Origin: Pyrinomonas sp. | Lineage (GTDB): Bacteria > Acidobacteriota > Blastocatellia > Pyrinomonadales > Pyrinomonadaceae | Assembly (NCBI RefSeq): GCF_040289685.1 | Contig: NZ_PSLQ01000002.1 | Location: 24,387 to 88,386, forward strand | Reading direction: 5' to 3' | DNA length: 64,000 nt | In this document: positions 36,079 through 45,551 of the stretch, in pieces | Position numbering within the stretch: the first letter of the stretch is position 1 | How the letters are laid out: every line of letters starts with the position of its first letter | Notes under the pieces: generated by a model | What the model saw: the letters and a program-made list of their open reading frames with translations, nothing else | Databases searched by the model: none | Told to the model about the DNA's origin: nothing | Position numbers and translations under genes: made by a program

Positions 36079-37008
36079 CTAGCGCTGTCGCTGCGAGCGT
36101 GCGCTCCGACGAAAGTTGTAACGGAGCAAGACCAGCGCCGGAGTGGGACGCTGGTTGCGCATTGCTGGTCGGAAAAACATGCGCTTAACCGTTTGCGTGA
36201 CTGATTCATCCAGCCCGAATCCGGCCCAACGCACGACCTCGACCCGGCGCACCACGCCATCTTCATCGATCCACGCAAGGACGTCCACAGTCGCTTCCGC
36301 TTCGGCGCGCGCCGCCTCCTCGGTGTAAGCTGGTTGCAGGCGACGGTATGGTTGCGGCGGGATGATGTTTTCGTCGAGACCTTGGTCGCGCGTCAAGTCC
36401 AGATACATGCTCTCCTCCTCGCCTTTTTCTGTGGGCTGCCAAGCCAGCGTGCGTTGAAGTTGTGCTGCGAATGCGCGGCGAAGCGTCGTCGCATAGAGCG
36501 GTGCGCGTCGCCGCAGTTCCGTCTTCAACACCGCCAGCGCATCGGCGGCGTGCGTTGCCTGAAGGCTCGGACGGTCCCACTGGACGAGCGCTCCGCTGCG
36601 CGCATCGACGATGAAGATCGAAGCGTAAGATTCGAAATAGATCGCGCCGCTCGACGGCGAGCGGCGAACCACTTGCGCATCGCCCGTGATGAACAAGTCG
36701 CACCCGATGGCCGTTCCCAAGTCGCGCGCTTCGGCGCGCGTCATGTTGAGCGAGCCTTGATAGCCGAGACCCACAGCCGCGGCCCGTGCGAGGTCGCGCG
36801 TGATGAGCGCGAGTTCGGGATCAACCGAGAGCGCAGCATGCAGTTCGTCGGCCAACTGCTTTCCCGTTGGATCGCGATTGAAGTCGAGGATGGCGATGCG
36901 AGCGCGGGCCATATGGCTTTGCTGCGCGCCAAAGGTGACGGGCGCGGACAGCAGCGCGGACGCGATGCTGAGGATGAACGTGGCGACAGTGAATGAAGGT
37001 CGGCGCAC
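36079..37008 (-). CDS. TonB C-terminal-domain protein with atypical N-terminal globular domain
   Basis: ORF 36079-37110 trimmed to GTG 37008, giving the signal peptide MRRPSFTVATFILSIASALLSAPVTFGAQQ and avoiding overlap with the upstream stop at 37034. C-terminus is TonB_C-like (PQPYRRLQPAYTEEAARAEAEATVDVLAWIDEDGVVRRVEVVRWAGFGLDESVTQTVKRMFFRPA). Confidence 0.6.
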   Translation of the reverse strand: MRRPSFTVATFILSIASALLSAPVTFGAQQSHMARARIAILDFNRDPTGKQLADELHAALSVDPELALITRDLARAAAVGLGYQGSLNMTRAEARDLGTAIGCDLFITGDAQVVRRSPSSGAIYFESYASIFIVDARSGALVQWDRPSLQATHAADALAVLKTELRRRAPLYATTLRRAFAAQLQRTLAWQPTEKGEEESMYLDLTRDQGLDENIIPPQPYRRLQPAYTEEAARAEAEATVDVLAWIDEDGVVRRVEVVRWAGFGLDESVTQTVKRMFFRPAMRNQRPTPALVLLRYNFRRSARSQRQR

Positions 37009-37033
37009 TTCGTTTTTCAGTGACCTCGTCGAA

Positions 37034-38323
37034 TCAACGGCTTTCGTCGTGATAGAGCGCGTAGATGCGTTCTTTGACCTCGGGCGGGAAACAGACCCGT
37101 CGGATCTCATATCCGCGCTCCAGTCCGCGAACGACGTCGCTTACCTCGGTGATCTCGCGCAGTCGTCGGCGCGAATAGCTGTCTTCCACATAGATGCGCG
37201 CTTTCGGCTCCGCGCGCTTTCCTGGGTAGGCGCTGTACGGGGTGTCGCCCGCTTGATCCTCAATGAAGTAGTAGCGCGGATCGAATCCGGCCTCGACGAT
37301 CACTTGGCGGGCCGCTTCGAGAAACGCCCCTCGCTCTTCCTCAGGCATGTCGAGATCGATCGCCTTGAAAAGCCTCCTTCCGACGAAGCGTCGGCTCAGG
37401 TCGCGCAAGATGGGGTCGGAGGCGCGCTGCCACTGTTTGATGTGGAAGAGGAGGTCGGAATCATCCATCTCCAGATGGTCGCTCAAAGAGAGCGGCTCAC
37501 CGCGCAAACGCTTGGCGAATGCCGTGTCGGGCGCGCACCAAACTTCCGTGCCTTGCGCCGTCAGTTCGAGAGCGCGTTCCAACGTCGCGCGCAGCACCAC
37601 CTCGGCTGAGCGCAGCGTGCGGTGATAGTAGACTTGACGAAACATGTAGTAGCGCGCTTGCAAATACTCTTCGACGGCGTAGAGGCCGCGTGCTGCTACG
37701 TATATGCGATCGTTTTCCGCGTCAACGGCGAGCGCCTTGATGATCCATTCGAGATCGTAGATGCCGTATTTCGCGCCGGTCATCAAGGAATCGCGCAACA
37801 AGTAGTCCATCCGATCGACGTCGAGCTGTGAAGAGACGAGTTGCGCGATGAAAGCCGGTTTGAAATCGCCTTCAATGATCGCTGCGACGCGGTCGGGAAG
37901 CTCTGCCTGATAAGCACGAAGGATCTGGCCGACTTCGGTTTCATCGCTGCGAATCGCTTGCACGGTCAAATCCTCGTGATGGAAGCCGAGCACCTTCTCC
38001 ATGACGTGTGAAAAGGGACCGTGTCCGATGTCGTGCAAAAGGGCTGCCGCGCGCGCTGCCGTGCGATCCTCTTCGTTGATGTGATGTGTCTCTTGGAGGC
38101 GATCGAGAATGCGCGTCATCAAGTGAAGCACCCCGAGCGAGTGGGCGAAGCGCGAATGTTCGGCCCCTTGGTAGGTGTAGAGCGCAAGACCGAGTTGCTT
38201 GATGCGGCGGAGGCGTTGGAACTCGAATGAGTCGATCAGCCGCACCATCAAGCGGCCTTCGCTCGAATCCGTGCGCAGGCGGATGATGTTGTGCAACGGG
38301 TCGCGGTAGATCCTCTCCGCCAT
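37034..38323 (-). CDS. HD-domain phosphohydrolase, SAMHD1/dNTP-triphosphohydrolase-like
   Basis: ORF 37034-38695 trimmed to ATG 38323 ([14 protein letters not shown]). Motifs [45 protein letters not shown]. Confidence 0.85.
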   Translation of the reverse strand: MAERIYRDPLHNIIRLRTDSSEGRLMVRLIDSFEFQRLRRIKQLGLALYTYQGAEHSRFAHSLGVLHLMTRILDRLQETHHINEEDRTAARAAALLHDIGHGPFSHVMEKVLGFHHEDLTVQAIRSDETEVGQILRAYQAELPDRVAAIIEGDFKPAFIAQLVSSQLDVDRMDYLLRDSLMTGAKYGIYDLEWIIKALAVDAENDRIYVAARGLYAVEEYLQARYYMFRQVYYHRTLRSAEVVLRATLERALELTAQGTEVWCAPDTAFAKRLRGEPLSLSDHLEMDDSDLLFHIKQWQRASDPILRDLSRRFVGRRLFKAIDLDMPEEERGAFLEAARQVIVEAGFDPRYYFIEDQAGDTPYSAYPGKRAEPKARIYVEDSYSRRRLREITEVSDVVRGLERGYEIRRVCFPPEVKERIYALYHDESR

Positions 38324-38514
38324 ACAAGGCAAGTCTAACACAACTCGTCGCGGCGGCGGGCAAGCGAGCAAACCGCTCCGACGACGGAGAAGAGAATAGT
38401 TCTGGTCTCGCATGAGGCGAGCCAGTTGTGACAGAAGCGGGGCGCCTTTCGGTTTGCGCTCCGGGGCGCTTGATCGCGCGGGCCGAAACGTGCTAAAGCG
38501 ATTCCTTTCTTTGC

Positions 38515-39342
38515 GTGATGGAAAGAGATCTACCGATCGGCATTTTCGATAGCGGCGTTGGCGGCTTAACCGTCTATCGCGCGCTGCACGAGCGACTGCC
38601 CAACGAGCGCTTCGTCTATTTGGGCGATACGGCGCGCGTCCCCTACGGAACGAAATCGCTGACGACGGTGGAGCGTTACGCCGTGGAGAACGCACGGTTT
38701 CTTGCGCGCCACGGAACGAAGCTGCTCGTCGTCGCGTGCAACACGGCTTCGGCGCTGGCGCTGCCTGCCGTGCGGCGCGCTGTAAGCATCCCGGTTGTCG
38801 GCGTGATCGAACCGGGAGCGCGTCTTGCTGTGGCTCGCAGTCGAAGGCGACGCATTGGCGTCATTGCCACCGAAGCGACGGTCCGAAGCCGGGCGTATGC
38901 GACGACCATCGCGCACTTGGCGCCGGATGCGCACGTGATCGAGCGATCGTGTCCGCTCTTCGTCCCGTTGGCCGAGGAAGGGTGGGCTGATACAACGGTC
39001 GCCCGATTGGTCGCCGAGGAGTATTTAGAAGACTTGAGAGACTCGGGCATCGACGTGCTCGTGCTCGGATGCACACACTATCCGATCCTGCGGCGAACGA
39101 TTCAGCAAGCGGTTGGCGAGGGTATTAAGTTAATCGAGTCAGGCGAGGCAGTAGCCGAAGAGGTAGCGCAGTTGTTGGAAGAACGATCGCTTTCGGCCCG
39201 CGTCAAACGCGACGAGCGCGAACGGCGATTGGGCGACGATCTGGACCACTTCTATGTAACGGACGCAGCGGAACGCTTCGCGCGCGTCGCCGAAAGGTTT
39301 TTGGGGCAAGCGCCGACGGTGCTGGAAGCGGTGGAGATCTGA
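38515..39342 (+). CDS. murI: Glutamate racemase
   Basis: [14 protein letters not shown], catalytic Cys contexts [10 protein letters not shown] and VLGCTHYP. Start is GTG 38515 or ATG 38518. Confidence 0.93.
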   Translation: MMERDLPIGIFDSGVGGLTVYRALHERLPNERFVYLGDTARVPYGTKSLTTVERYAVENARFLARHGTKLLVVACNTASALALPAVRRAVSIPVVGVIEPGARLAVARSRRRRIGVIATEATVRSRAYATTIAHLAPDAHVIERSCPLFVPLAEEGWADTTVARLVAEEYLEDLRDSGIDVLVLGCTHYPILRRTIQQAVGEGIKLIESGEAVAEEVAQLLEERSLSARVKRDERERRLGDDLDHFYVTDAAERFARVAERFLGQAPTVLEAVEI

Positions 39343-39992
39343 TGCCCAGTCGCTTTTTCGGAAAAGCGTGGCTCGAAGTCAATGATCGCCAATTGACAGG
39401 CTATCTGCGCGGTCGCTTCTTCGGAAGGACGCGGACCGAAGGCGAACGGCTCGCACGCTTTCTCGTACCGGCTCTCGGCATGTGACAGCGCAAGCGTAGA
39501 TCGAACTTCATTGGTCGCACCGATCTTTTCGCCGCGCACGGTCTTCCGATGTTTGTGCAAACGTAGATCGAGCGTGCTGGCCCGGCTAAAACACAGGTCA
39601 TCGAACCGTTGTAGCAGCGCGAACGAGAAGCGAGCGTCATGGCGCCGCCGCTCGGAAGTTTCGGGGGCTTCTCGAGGAAAGGATCGAAAGCTGAAGGCGC
39701 TCGGTCCGCGCGACGCGGTTTGAAGAGCAGCTCTTTTCCGTTGAAGGTTTGGCGTTGGTCGTCTCAATGGCGCGCAAAAGCGCGCGGTGAAAAAGATGAA
39801 CCAGCAGGCAGCTTCCGGGGACGATGGGAGTGAGATTTCGGTAACCGAATGGCCATGCGGTTCGTCTACGGTTGGGGGTCCCCTCGCCGCCCGTGGCTTT
39901 GCGCCCGCGATCAAGCATGCGCGTTCAAAGACCTGCGGGTCGTTCGCCGGCGCGCAAGTTCTTCGAAAAGCTCAGCACAGAGGTCACGAGAG

Positions 39993-40727
39993 ATGTCTTT
40001 CACTCGCACCGACGGTCGTCAGGCAGATGAGCTTCGCCCGATTCGCATCACGCCCGATTTCATGCCCTATGCTGAGGGATCGGCGTTGATCGAGATAGGG
40101 CAGACGCGCGTTATCTGCACGGCCTCTTTCGAGGAGCGCGTACCGCCCTTCTTGCGCGGCACGGGACAAGGTTGGGTGACAGCCGAGTACGCCATGTTGC
40201 CGCGTGCGACGCAGCAACGGACGCCGCGCGAAACGAGTCGCAGCGGACCTTCGGGACGCACGCAGGAGATCCAACGGTTGATCGGACGGGCGTTGCGCGC
40301 CGTGGCCGATTTAAACGCGCTCGGCGAGCGGACCATCACGCTCGACTGCGATGTGCTGCAGGCTGATGGCGGGACGCGCACCGCATCGATCACCGGCGCC
40401 TACGTCGCTTTCGCGCTCGCTTGCCGCCGATTGGTCAATCGCGGGACGCTCGCGCGCTCGCCCGTGATCGGCGAAGTCGCTGCCGTCAGCGTCGGTATCG
40501 TGGAAGGCACGCCGCTGCTCGATTTGAAGTACGACGAAGATTCGCGCGCCGAGGTGGACATGAACATCGTTTGCACGGGTGACGGGCGCTTCGTCGAGCT
40601 GCAGGGCACGGCTGAGCACACGCCGTTTACGCGCGCCGAACTGGAGATGCTCATCGCTCTCGCTCAGCGCGGCATCGAGCAATTGCTGACCGCGCAGCGC
40701 GCCGCGCTGGAACAAGCTGCACCCTGA
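39993..40727 (+). CDS. rph: Ribonuclease PH
   Basis: ORF 39849-40727 trimmed to ATG 39993. [72 protein letters not shown]. Confidence 0.93.
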   Translation: MSFTRTDGRQADELRPIRITPDFMPYAEGSALIEIGQTRVICTASFEERVPPFLRGTGQGWVTAEYAMLPRATQQRTPRETSRSGPSGRTQEIQRLIGRALRAVADLNALGERTITLDCDVLQADGGTRTASITGAYVAFALACRRLVNRGTLARSPVIGEVAAVSVGIVEGTPLLDLKYDEDSRAEVDMNIVCTGDGRFVELQGTAEHTPFTRAELEMLIALAQRGIEQLLTAQRAALEQAAP

Positions 40728-40855
40728 CATCCGGCTTCGCCGAACTATTCCCGCGAGGTGTTGCGCTAGCATGCCGACGCTGGAACAAGCGGCACTCTAA
40801 CATCTGGCTTCGCCGAGCCTCGATGCGGTATGATAAGCGGGTGCAAGGAGCGGAG

Positions 40856-41359
40856 ATGTTTATGCGGTCGTTGAAATCTCTGTTGGTCGTTCTGATTTTC
40901 GGTCTTCTCTCGTTTGGCTGGTCGGTTCGAGCGCAAGAAGCTGAGTACACGATTGAGTTCCCTTCGCCGATGTGGCGCCCCGTGCCGCGCGTCGAAGGCG
41001 GTTTGTCTTCAGAAGAGTACATCTACGGTGATCGAAACGATGGGTTCTTGCGCATTCGCAAGGAGATCGTCGATGCCGGAATGACGCCGTCAGAGCTGGC
41101 GCGGCGCGACCGCGAACAGAACCTGCGCTTCAGACCCGGCTTCGTCGAAGGGCGCGAAGAGCGTTTCGCTGGACGTTTGAACGGCGTGGTCGTCTCCTAC
41201 GAATTCACCAACGGCGGGCGGCCCATGGCTGGCATCATCTACTACCTACAGGCGAATCCACGGACGATCTATGTGCTTCATTTCACCGGCATGCGCGATC
41301 GTCTGCAACGCATACGCAACCAAACGGATGTCATCGCCCGTAGCTTTCAACCCCGCTGA
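40856..41359 (+). CDS. Exported hypothetical protein
   Basis: Trimmed to ATG 40856 behind AAGGAG. Signal peptide MFMRSLKSLLVVLIFGLLSFGWSVRAQ. No recognisable domain. Confidence 0.6.
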   Translation: MFMRSLKSLLVVLIFGLLSFGWSVRAQEAEYTIEFPSPMWRPVPRVEGGLSSEEYIYGDRNDGFLRIRKEIVDAGMTPSELARRDREQNLRFRPGFVEGREERFAGRLNGVVVSYEFTNGGRPMAGIIYYLQANPRTIYVLHFTGMRDRLQRIRNQTDVIARSFQPR

Positions 41360-41721
41360 GGGAAGGCCCGCCCTTCCGGCGCAAGCGCAGCCGTCTCGGG
41401 TTCACGCTGCACATCGCTTGAAGATGCTTCGACGCGCTTGCGCTTTTGCGTCGGCGCTTTGACGAGTTCGCGCTGCATATCGTGGATGATCAGGCAGCCG
41501 CTCGCTGCCCCATCTGGAGATCTTGTCCAAGCCGCACACCGCTTGAAGGTGACCTCGAGAAAGACGTGTTGTTCACGAGCAAGCCCTAGCTTGCGCGAAG
41601 ATGGAACCGATGCCACCGTCGCGCTCATAGAGGATTACGCCTGCAGGGATGAGCTTCGACGACGAAGCTTGTCACGAGGATCAACGCGGTTCAGAGCCGC
41701 TTCTTCAGCGATGATGAATCC

Positions 41722-43689
41722 CTACAATCTAGGCAGCGTGAAGCTAAAGATCGAACCGCGTCCCGGCTCCGATTCGAGGGCAACTTGCCCACCGTGTTGT
41801 TCGACTACTTCGCGCACAAAAGCGAGTCCCAAGCCGGTTGACTCTTCATCCTTCTCCTGCCCGTCGCGCGCGACGCGATAGAATTTCTCCCAGACGCGAT
41901 CCTGCTCTTCAGCCGGAATGCCGTAGCCTTGATCTTCGACGATGACGCGCACCGCATCGGCTTCCAACGCCGTCGCCACCGTCACGGTGGTCCTTTCGGG
42001 ACTGTAACGGATGGCGTTATCGACCAAATTGGCGACCGCTTGCATGATCAACCCGCGATCGGCGGCCACGGGCGGGAGTTTGCCGTTGGTTCGCTCGATC
42101 AGCCGAATGCGTTTCTTTCTGGCCGTTCGTTGGAAGTTGGCGACCGTCTCACGCACCACCTCATCGAGTCGCAGCGGAACTTTGCGCACCTCTTGGCGGT
42201 CGGAGGCTTCAAGCCGCGTCATCGACAAGAAGGTGTCGATCATGCGCGAAAGGCGCTGCGATTCTTGGTGGACGATGGTAGCGTATTCACGCGCCTCTGC
42301 CGACAACGATTCGTCAAGCGCCAAAAGCTCGGCGAATCCGTTGATGCTAGTGATCGGCGTGCGCAGTTCGTGCGACATCAAAGAGATCATGTCGCTGCGT
42401 AATTTCTCATACTCCTTGAGCCGCGTGACGTCGCGCACGGAGAAGAGAAGACCGATGGCTGCGCCGCCGCTCCTGAGCAACGAGAGGCGAAGGAGCAGCG
42501 TGCGGTCTTTCTCCGGATAGTATATCTCGCGTTCGTATGCCTCGCCCGATTGAAGGACGCGCCGGACGGCAATGCTCGGTTCATCGAAGACTCCAGCACG
42601 AAAACGGTCGAGCAGAGCGAACAGATCGATCTGCGGCGCTTCTTCTTCCGTCAAACCGGCGCTTTCGAGCATCGGGCGGTTAATGGCTGCGATCGTGCCA
42701 TCGAGGTAGGCGACGGCGCAGCCATCTTTCAATTCGATTAGTGCGGCGGCAGCGAAGCCCTGCTCATCCAACATGCCGGCCACCGCGGCGAACCCCTCCA
42801 ACCTTTTGCTGGCCCGACGGGCCGAGACGAGTGCGGGCAGCGGGCGTCCTGCTAATGGCTCGCGGGCACGGGCGCGTTGGAAACTGCGCGCGATCTGCGC
42901 AGCGAAAACATCGAGCAATGGCTTGTCTTCTTCCTCTAGTTCCTCGCCGAGTCTCAGCAGCAGTGCGCCCGCCTTCTGCCCTTCGTGGACCAACGGGAGC
43001 GCGACGACCCTTCTCCCCGCGTCTCCAGCAAGTTGCATCGCGCAAGCGGCGAGCGCGCGTTCGCACAAAGCGACGCCCTGCCGCCAAGTTTGCAAAGGTG
43101 CAGCGTCCGCCCCGTTGCCATTGGTCGTGCGCTTGCGCGCCATCGGATGAAGCACCCCGGCGCGGTCCAATCCGAAGATGACTGCTTCTTCGAGTTTGAA
43201 CATCAGGCCGAGGATTTGCAGACCAGCATCCACTCGCTCGTTATCGCTTTTGGAGAACCGTTGGTCACAAGCGAACACGCGGTGCTCTACAGCGTGCGTC
43301 AGACGCGCGTCGAGCGACCATAGCCGCCGCAATTGCGCCGCCGTCGCCCCAGCCAGCGAGGCCAATGCGCAGGGCGCAAAAGCGATGTCCAAGGCGAGCG
43401 TCGCAGAAAGCAAGAAACTTAAAGCACACAGAACGAGCAAAGAAGCACAAACGAGCGCAAAGGCGCGCCTTCCGCCCATGCGCTCGACGGCAAAACCGCC
43501 CCCTGCGCTGGCTGCTGCGATCAGCATGACGACGGCCCACGCAGGTGCGGCAACGCTCGCCGTCTCGCCGACGAGAAAGGCGGCTTGCAGCGGAGCAAAC
43601 AGCCCCGCGCTCCACAAGGCGGCGACGAGCCCTCCTGAACAGAGAGCTAATATCAAGGAGAGAACGGTCGTTCGAACGTTGGTTTCCAT
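41722..43689 (-). CDS. Membrane sensor histidine kinase (multi-TM N-terminus, GAF/PAS-like middle, HisKA + HATPase_c)
   Basis: Trimmed to ATG 43689 (METNVRTTVLSL). H-box MSHELRTPITSINGF, N-box VANLVDNAIRYSP, G-boxes EDQGYGIP and GLGLAFV. No response regulator anywhere in the window. Confidence 0.88.
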   Translation of the reverse strand: METNVRTTVLSLILALCSGGLVAALWSAGLFAPLQAAFLVGETASVAAPAWAVVMLIAAASAGGGFAVERMGGRRAFALVCASLLVLCALSFLLSATLALDIAFAPCALASLAGATAAQLRRLWSLDARLTHAVEHRVFACDQRFSKSDNERVDAGLQILGLMFKLEEAVIFGLDRAGVLHPMARKRTTNGNGADAAPLQTWRQGVALCERALAACAMQLAGDAGRRVVALPLVHEGQKAGALLLRLGEELEEEDKPLLDVFAAQIARSFQRARAREPLAGRPLPALVSARRASKRLEGFAAVAGMLDEQGFAAAALIELKDGCAVAYLDGTIAAINRPMLESAGLTEEEAPQIDLFALLDRFRAGVFDEPSIAVRRVLQSGEAYEREIYYPEKDRTLLLRLSLLRSGGAAIGLLFSVRDVTRLKEYEKLRSDMISLMSHELRTPITSINGFAELLALDESLSAEAREYATIVHQESQRLSRMIDTFLSMTRLEASDRQEVRKVPLRLDEVVRETVANFQRTARKKRIRLIERTNGKLPPVAADRGLIMQAVANLVDNAIRYSPERTTVTVATALEADAVRVIVEDQGYGIPAEEQDRVWEKFYRVARDGQEKDEESTGLGLAFVREVVEQHGGQVALESEPGRGSIFSFTLPRL

Positions 43690-43982
43690 CTGAGATGCAA
43701 AAGAACGGCAGGGAGATTCGAAACGGCTGGTGGACGCTACCACAGCGCCCGTATGATTATACAATATCTAACAGCATTTAACGCAAGCCGTTTTTTTAGA
43801 GGCCAAGTCCGCACGGTTCATTGCGCATAGCCGCGCGCTTTGCCGTTTCTCAGATTTAGATTCCGTATCGGCTCGATCGGACGCATCATGACGCTTTTAC
43901 GGCTTGCTCGAGTAGCTTTAAGTTCGACGTCAGACCGTCGGCGCTGTTTTCGCCGCGGCTTTGCAAACTGGCGCGCGAGTTT

Positions 43983-45368
43983 TCAGAGCTTTTCAAGCGC
44001 AGCGAGCACGGCGTTCTCTTCTTCCGGGGCGATTGTGCGCAAATCGAGCAAGACGCGGTCATCGGCGATGCGCGCGATGATGGGTGGGTCGTTCAGGCGC
44101 AGGCGTCGTTCGATCTCTGTGGCGGACAAACGTTCGTGCCGCAGCGCGAGGAGCGCCGTTGGCAGGTGTGCGGTGGGAGCGGCTCCACCCCCGACGGCGG
44201 ATTGTCCGGGGATGACTTCCACATGCAATTCGGAGCGCGCGATGCGCTCGGCGAGAGAACGCGCGCGCCGTTTGAGCGTTTCAGACCGCATCGCGATCAT
44301 GCGCAGGGTTGGGATTTCATTGAAGTGCGCGTCGTGCGCGTAGGCTTCGAGCGTCGCCTCGAGCGCGGCGAACGTCAGTTTGTCGACGCGCAACGCGCGG
44401 TAGAGCGGGTGTTTGCCGATGATCCCGATCAGTTCGCGGCGCCCGACGATGATTCCGGCTTGTGAAGCGCCGAGGAGTTTATCACCGCTGAACGAGACGA
44501 CGTCTGCGCCGCTGGCGATGGACTCGCCGATGATGGGTTCACCTTTGATGCCGTGAGGGCTTAGGTCTACGAGCGCGCCGGACCCGGCGTCTTCATACAA
44601 GGGGAGGGCGCGCGCATGCGCGAGCGTTGCCAATTCGTCGAGCGTTGGCGTTTGCGTGAAACCTATGATGCGGTAGTTCGATTGATGTACGCGCAGGATC
44701 AGGCGCGTCCGCTCGTTGATGGCGCGTTCGTAGTCGCTCAAGCGCGTGCGGTTGGTGGTTCCGACTTCGATCATGGTGACACCTGACTGGGCCATGACAT
44801 CGGGAATGCGGAAGTCTCCCCCGATTTCAACCAACTCGCCGCGCGAGATGATCGCTTCGCCGCCGCGTGCCAGCGCCGTCAGCACGAGCAGCGTGGCGGC
44901 AGCGCAGTTGTTGACGACGAGCGCCGCCTCGGCCCCGGTGAGTTCCGCGAGCAATTTCTCGACGCGCGCGCCGCGACGCCCTCGCGCGCCCGCCTCCAAG
45001 TCGAATTCGAGAGCGCAGTAGCGCGCCGCGCTTCCGACGGCCTCGATCGCTTTGGCGCTGAGCGGCGCGCGTCCCAAATTCGTGTGCAGCACGACGCCCG
45101 TCGCATTGATCACGCCTCTTTGCAACGAGGAACGCCGTTCGTGCGCTATACGTTCATGCAATCTAGTTGCCGCCTCGGCTAGCAAGAACTCTTTATCAGC
45201 GGGATGATCATCGCGTGCCAGCAGTTCATTGCGCAGTTCGCTGATGATATCGCGCGCCAGCTTTGTCAAACGGTTCGCGCCTATACCTTCGACTTGGCAA
45301 GCACGTCGCAGCGCATCAACGGACGGAAGCGCACGCAAAACCGATTTTGCTTTGCTGTTCTCCTCCAT
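43983..45368 (-). CDS. selA: L-seryl-tRNA(Sec) selenium transferase
   Basis: 461 aa. VINATGVVLHTNLGRAPL and the PLP-lysine context VSFSGDKLLGASQAGIIVGRRELI are characteristic of SelA. Confidence 0.88.
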   Translation of the reverse strand: MEENSKAKSVLRALPSVDALRRACQVEGIGANRLTKLARDIISELRNELLARDDHPADKEFLLAEAATRLHERIAHERRSSLQRGVINATGVVLHTNLGRAPLSAKAIEAVGSAARYCALEFDLEAGARGRRGARVEKLLAELTGAEAALVVNNCAAATLLVLTALARGGEAIISRGELVEIGGDFRIPDVMAQSGVTMIEVGTTNRTRLSDYERAINERTRLILRVHQSNYRIIGFTQTPTLDELATLAHARALPLYEDAGSGALVDLSPHGIKGEPIIGESIASGADVVSFSGDKLLGASQAGIIVGRRELIGIIGKHPLYRALRVDKLTFAALEATLEAYAHDAHFNEIPTLRMIAMRSETLKRRARSLAERIARSELHVEVIPGQSAVGGGAAPTAHLPTALLALRHERLSATEIERRLRLNDPPIIARIADDRVLLDLRTIAPEEENAVLAALEKL

Positions 45369-45470
45369 TGCGCTCTATGATCGAAGATTAACGCGCGGCG
45401 TGCAAGAGCGAGTTTGACGCCTGGTGATCTGTTTATCGGCTGCCCCTCTGTTTTGGGCAAGAGATGGATG

Positions 45471-45500
45471 TTGACAGGAGCTGCGCGCGCTCTCTAGACT
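45471..45500 (+). promoter_or_regulatory. Sigma70-like promoter candidate for ORF 45552
   Basis: TTGACA (45471-45476), 18-nt spacer, TAGACT (45495-45500). Confidence 0.3.
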
Positions 45501-45551
45501 CCTCCTTTGAGCAGCCGCCTTGACGGGGCGTCTGCTCGGAAAGGAGCGTTT

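Noticed and set aside
37034-38695. Long N-terminal extensions offered by the ORF track. Examples: 37034-38695, 47952-49094, 9665-11017, 7972-8826, 39849-40727, 57333-59027, 55137-56999.
   Set aside because: The extensions are Arg/Ser/Pro-rich, overlap upstream genes or promoters, and precede internal ATG/GTG codons that have SD sequences and the conserved family N-termini. The genes were trimmed accordingly.
39252-39914. 220-aa minus-strand ORF in the murI-rph gap
   Set aside because: It overlaps the last 90 nt of murI, has no internal Met or SD, and has no recognisable motif. It is kept only as part of the finding on the unexplained spacer.
43790-43830. gaggccaagtccgcac, superficially like the RNase P RNA P4 motif GAGGAAAGUCCGGGC
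   Set aside because: The match is partial. The intergenic space (about 220 nt) is too short for RNase P RNA, and the other conserved RNase P blocks are absent.
43765-45551. tRNA-Sec (selC) next to selA, and tRNA genes generally
   Set aside because: No cloverleaf-compatible sequence with T-loop GTTCGAATC-like motifs was found by eye, apart from the tmRNA tRNA-like domain. A tRNAscan run would be needed to be certain.
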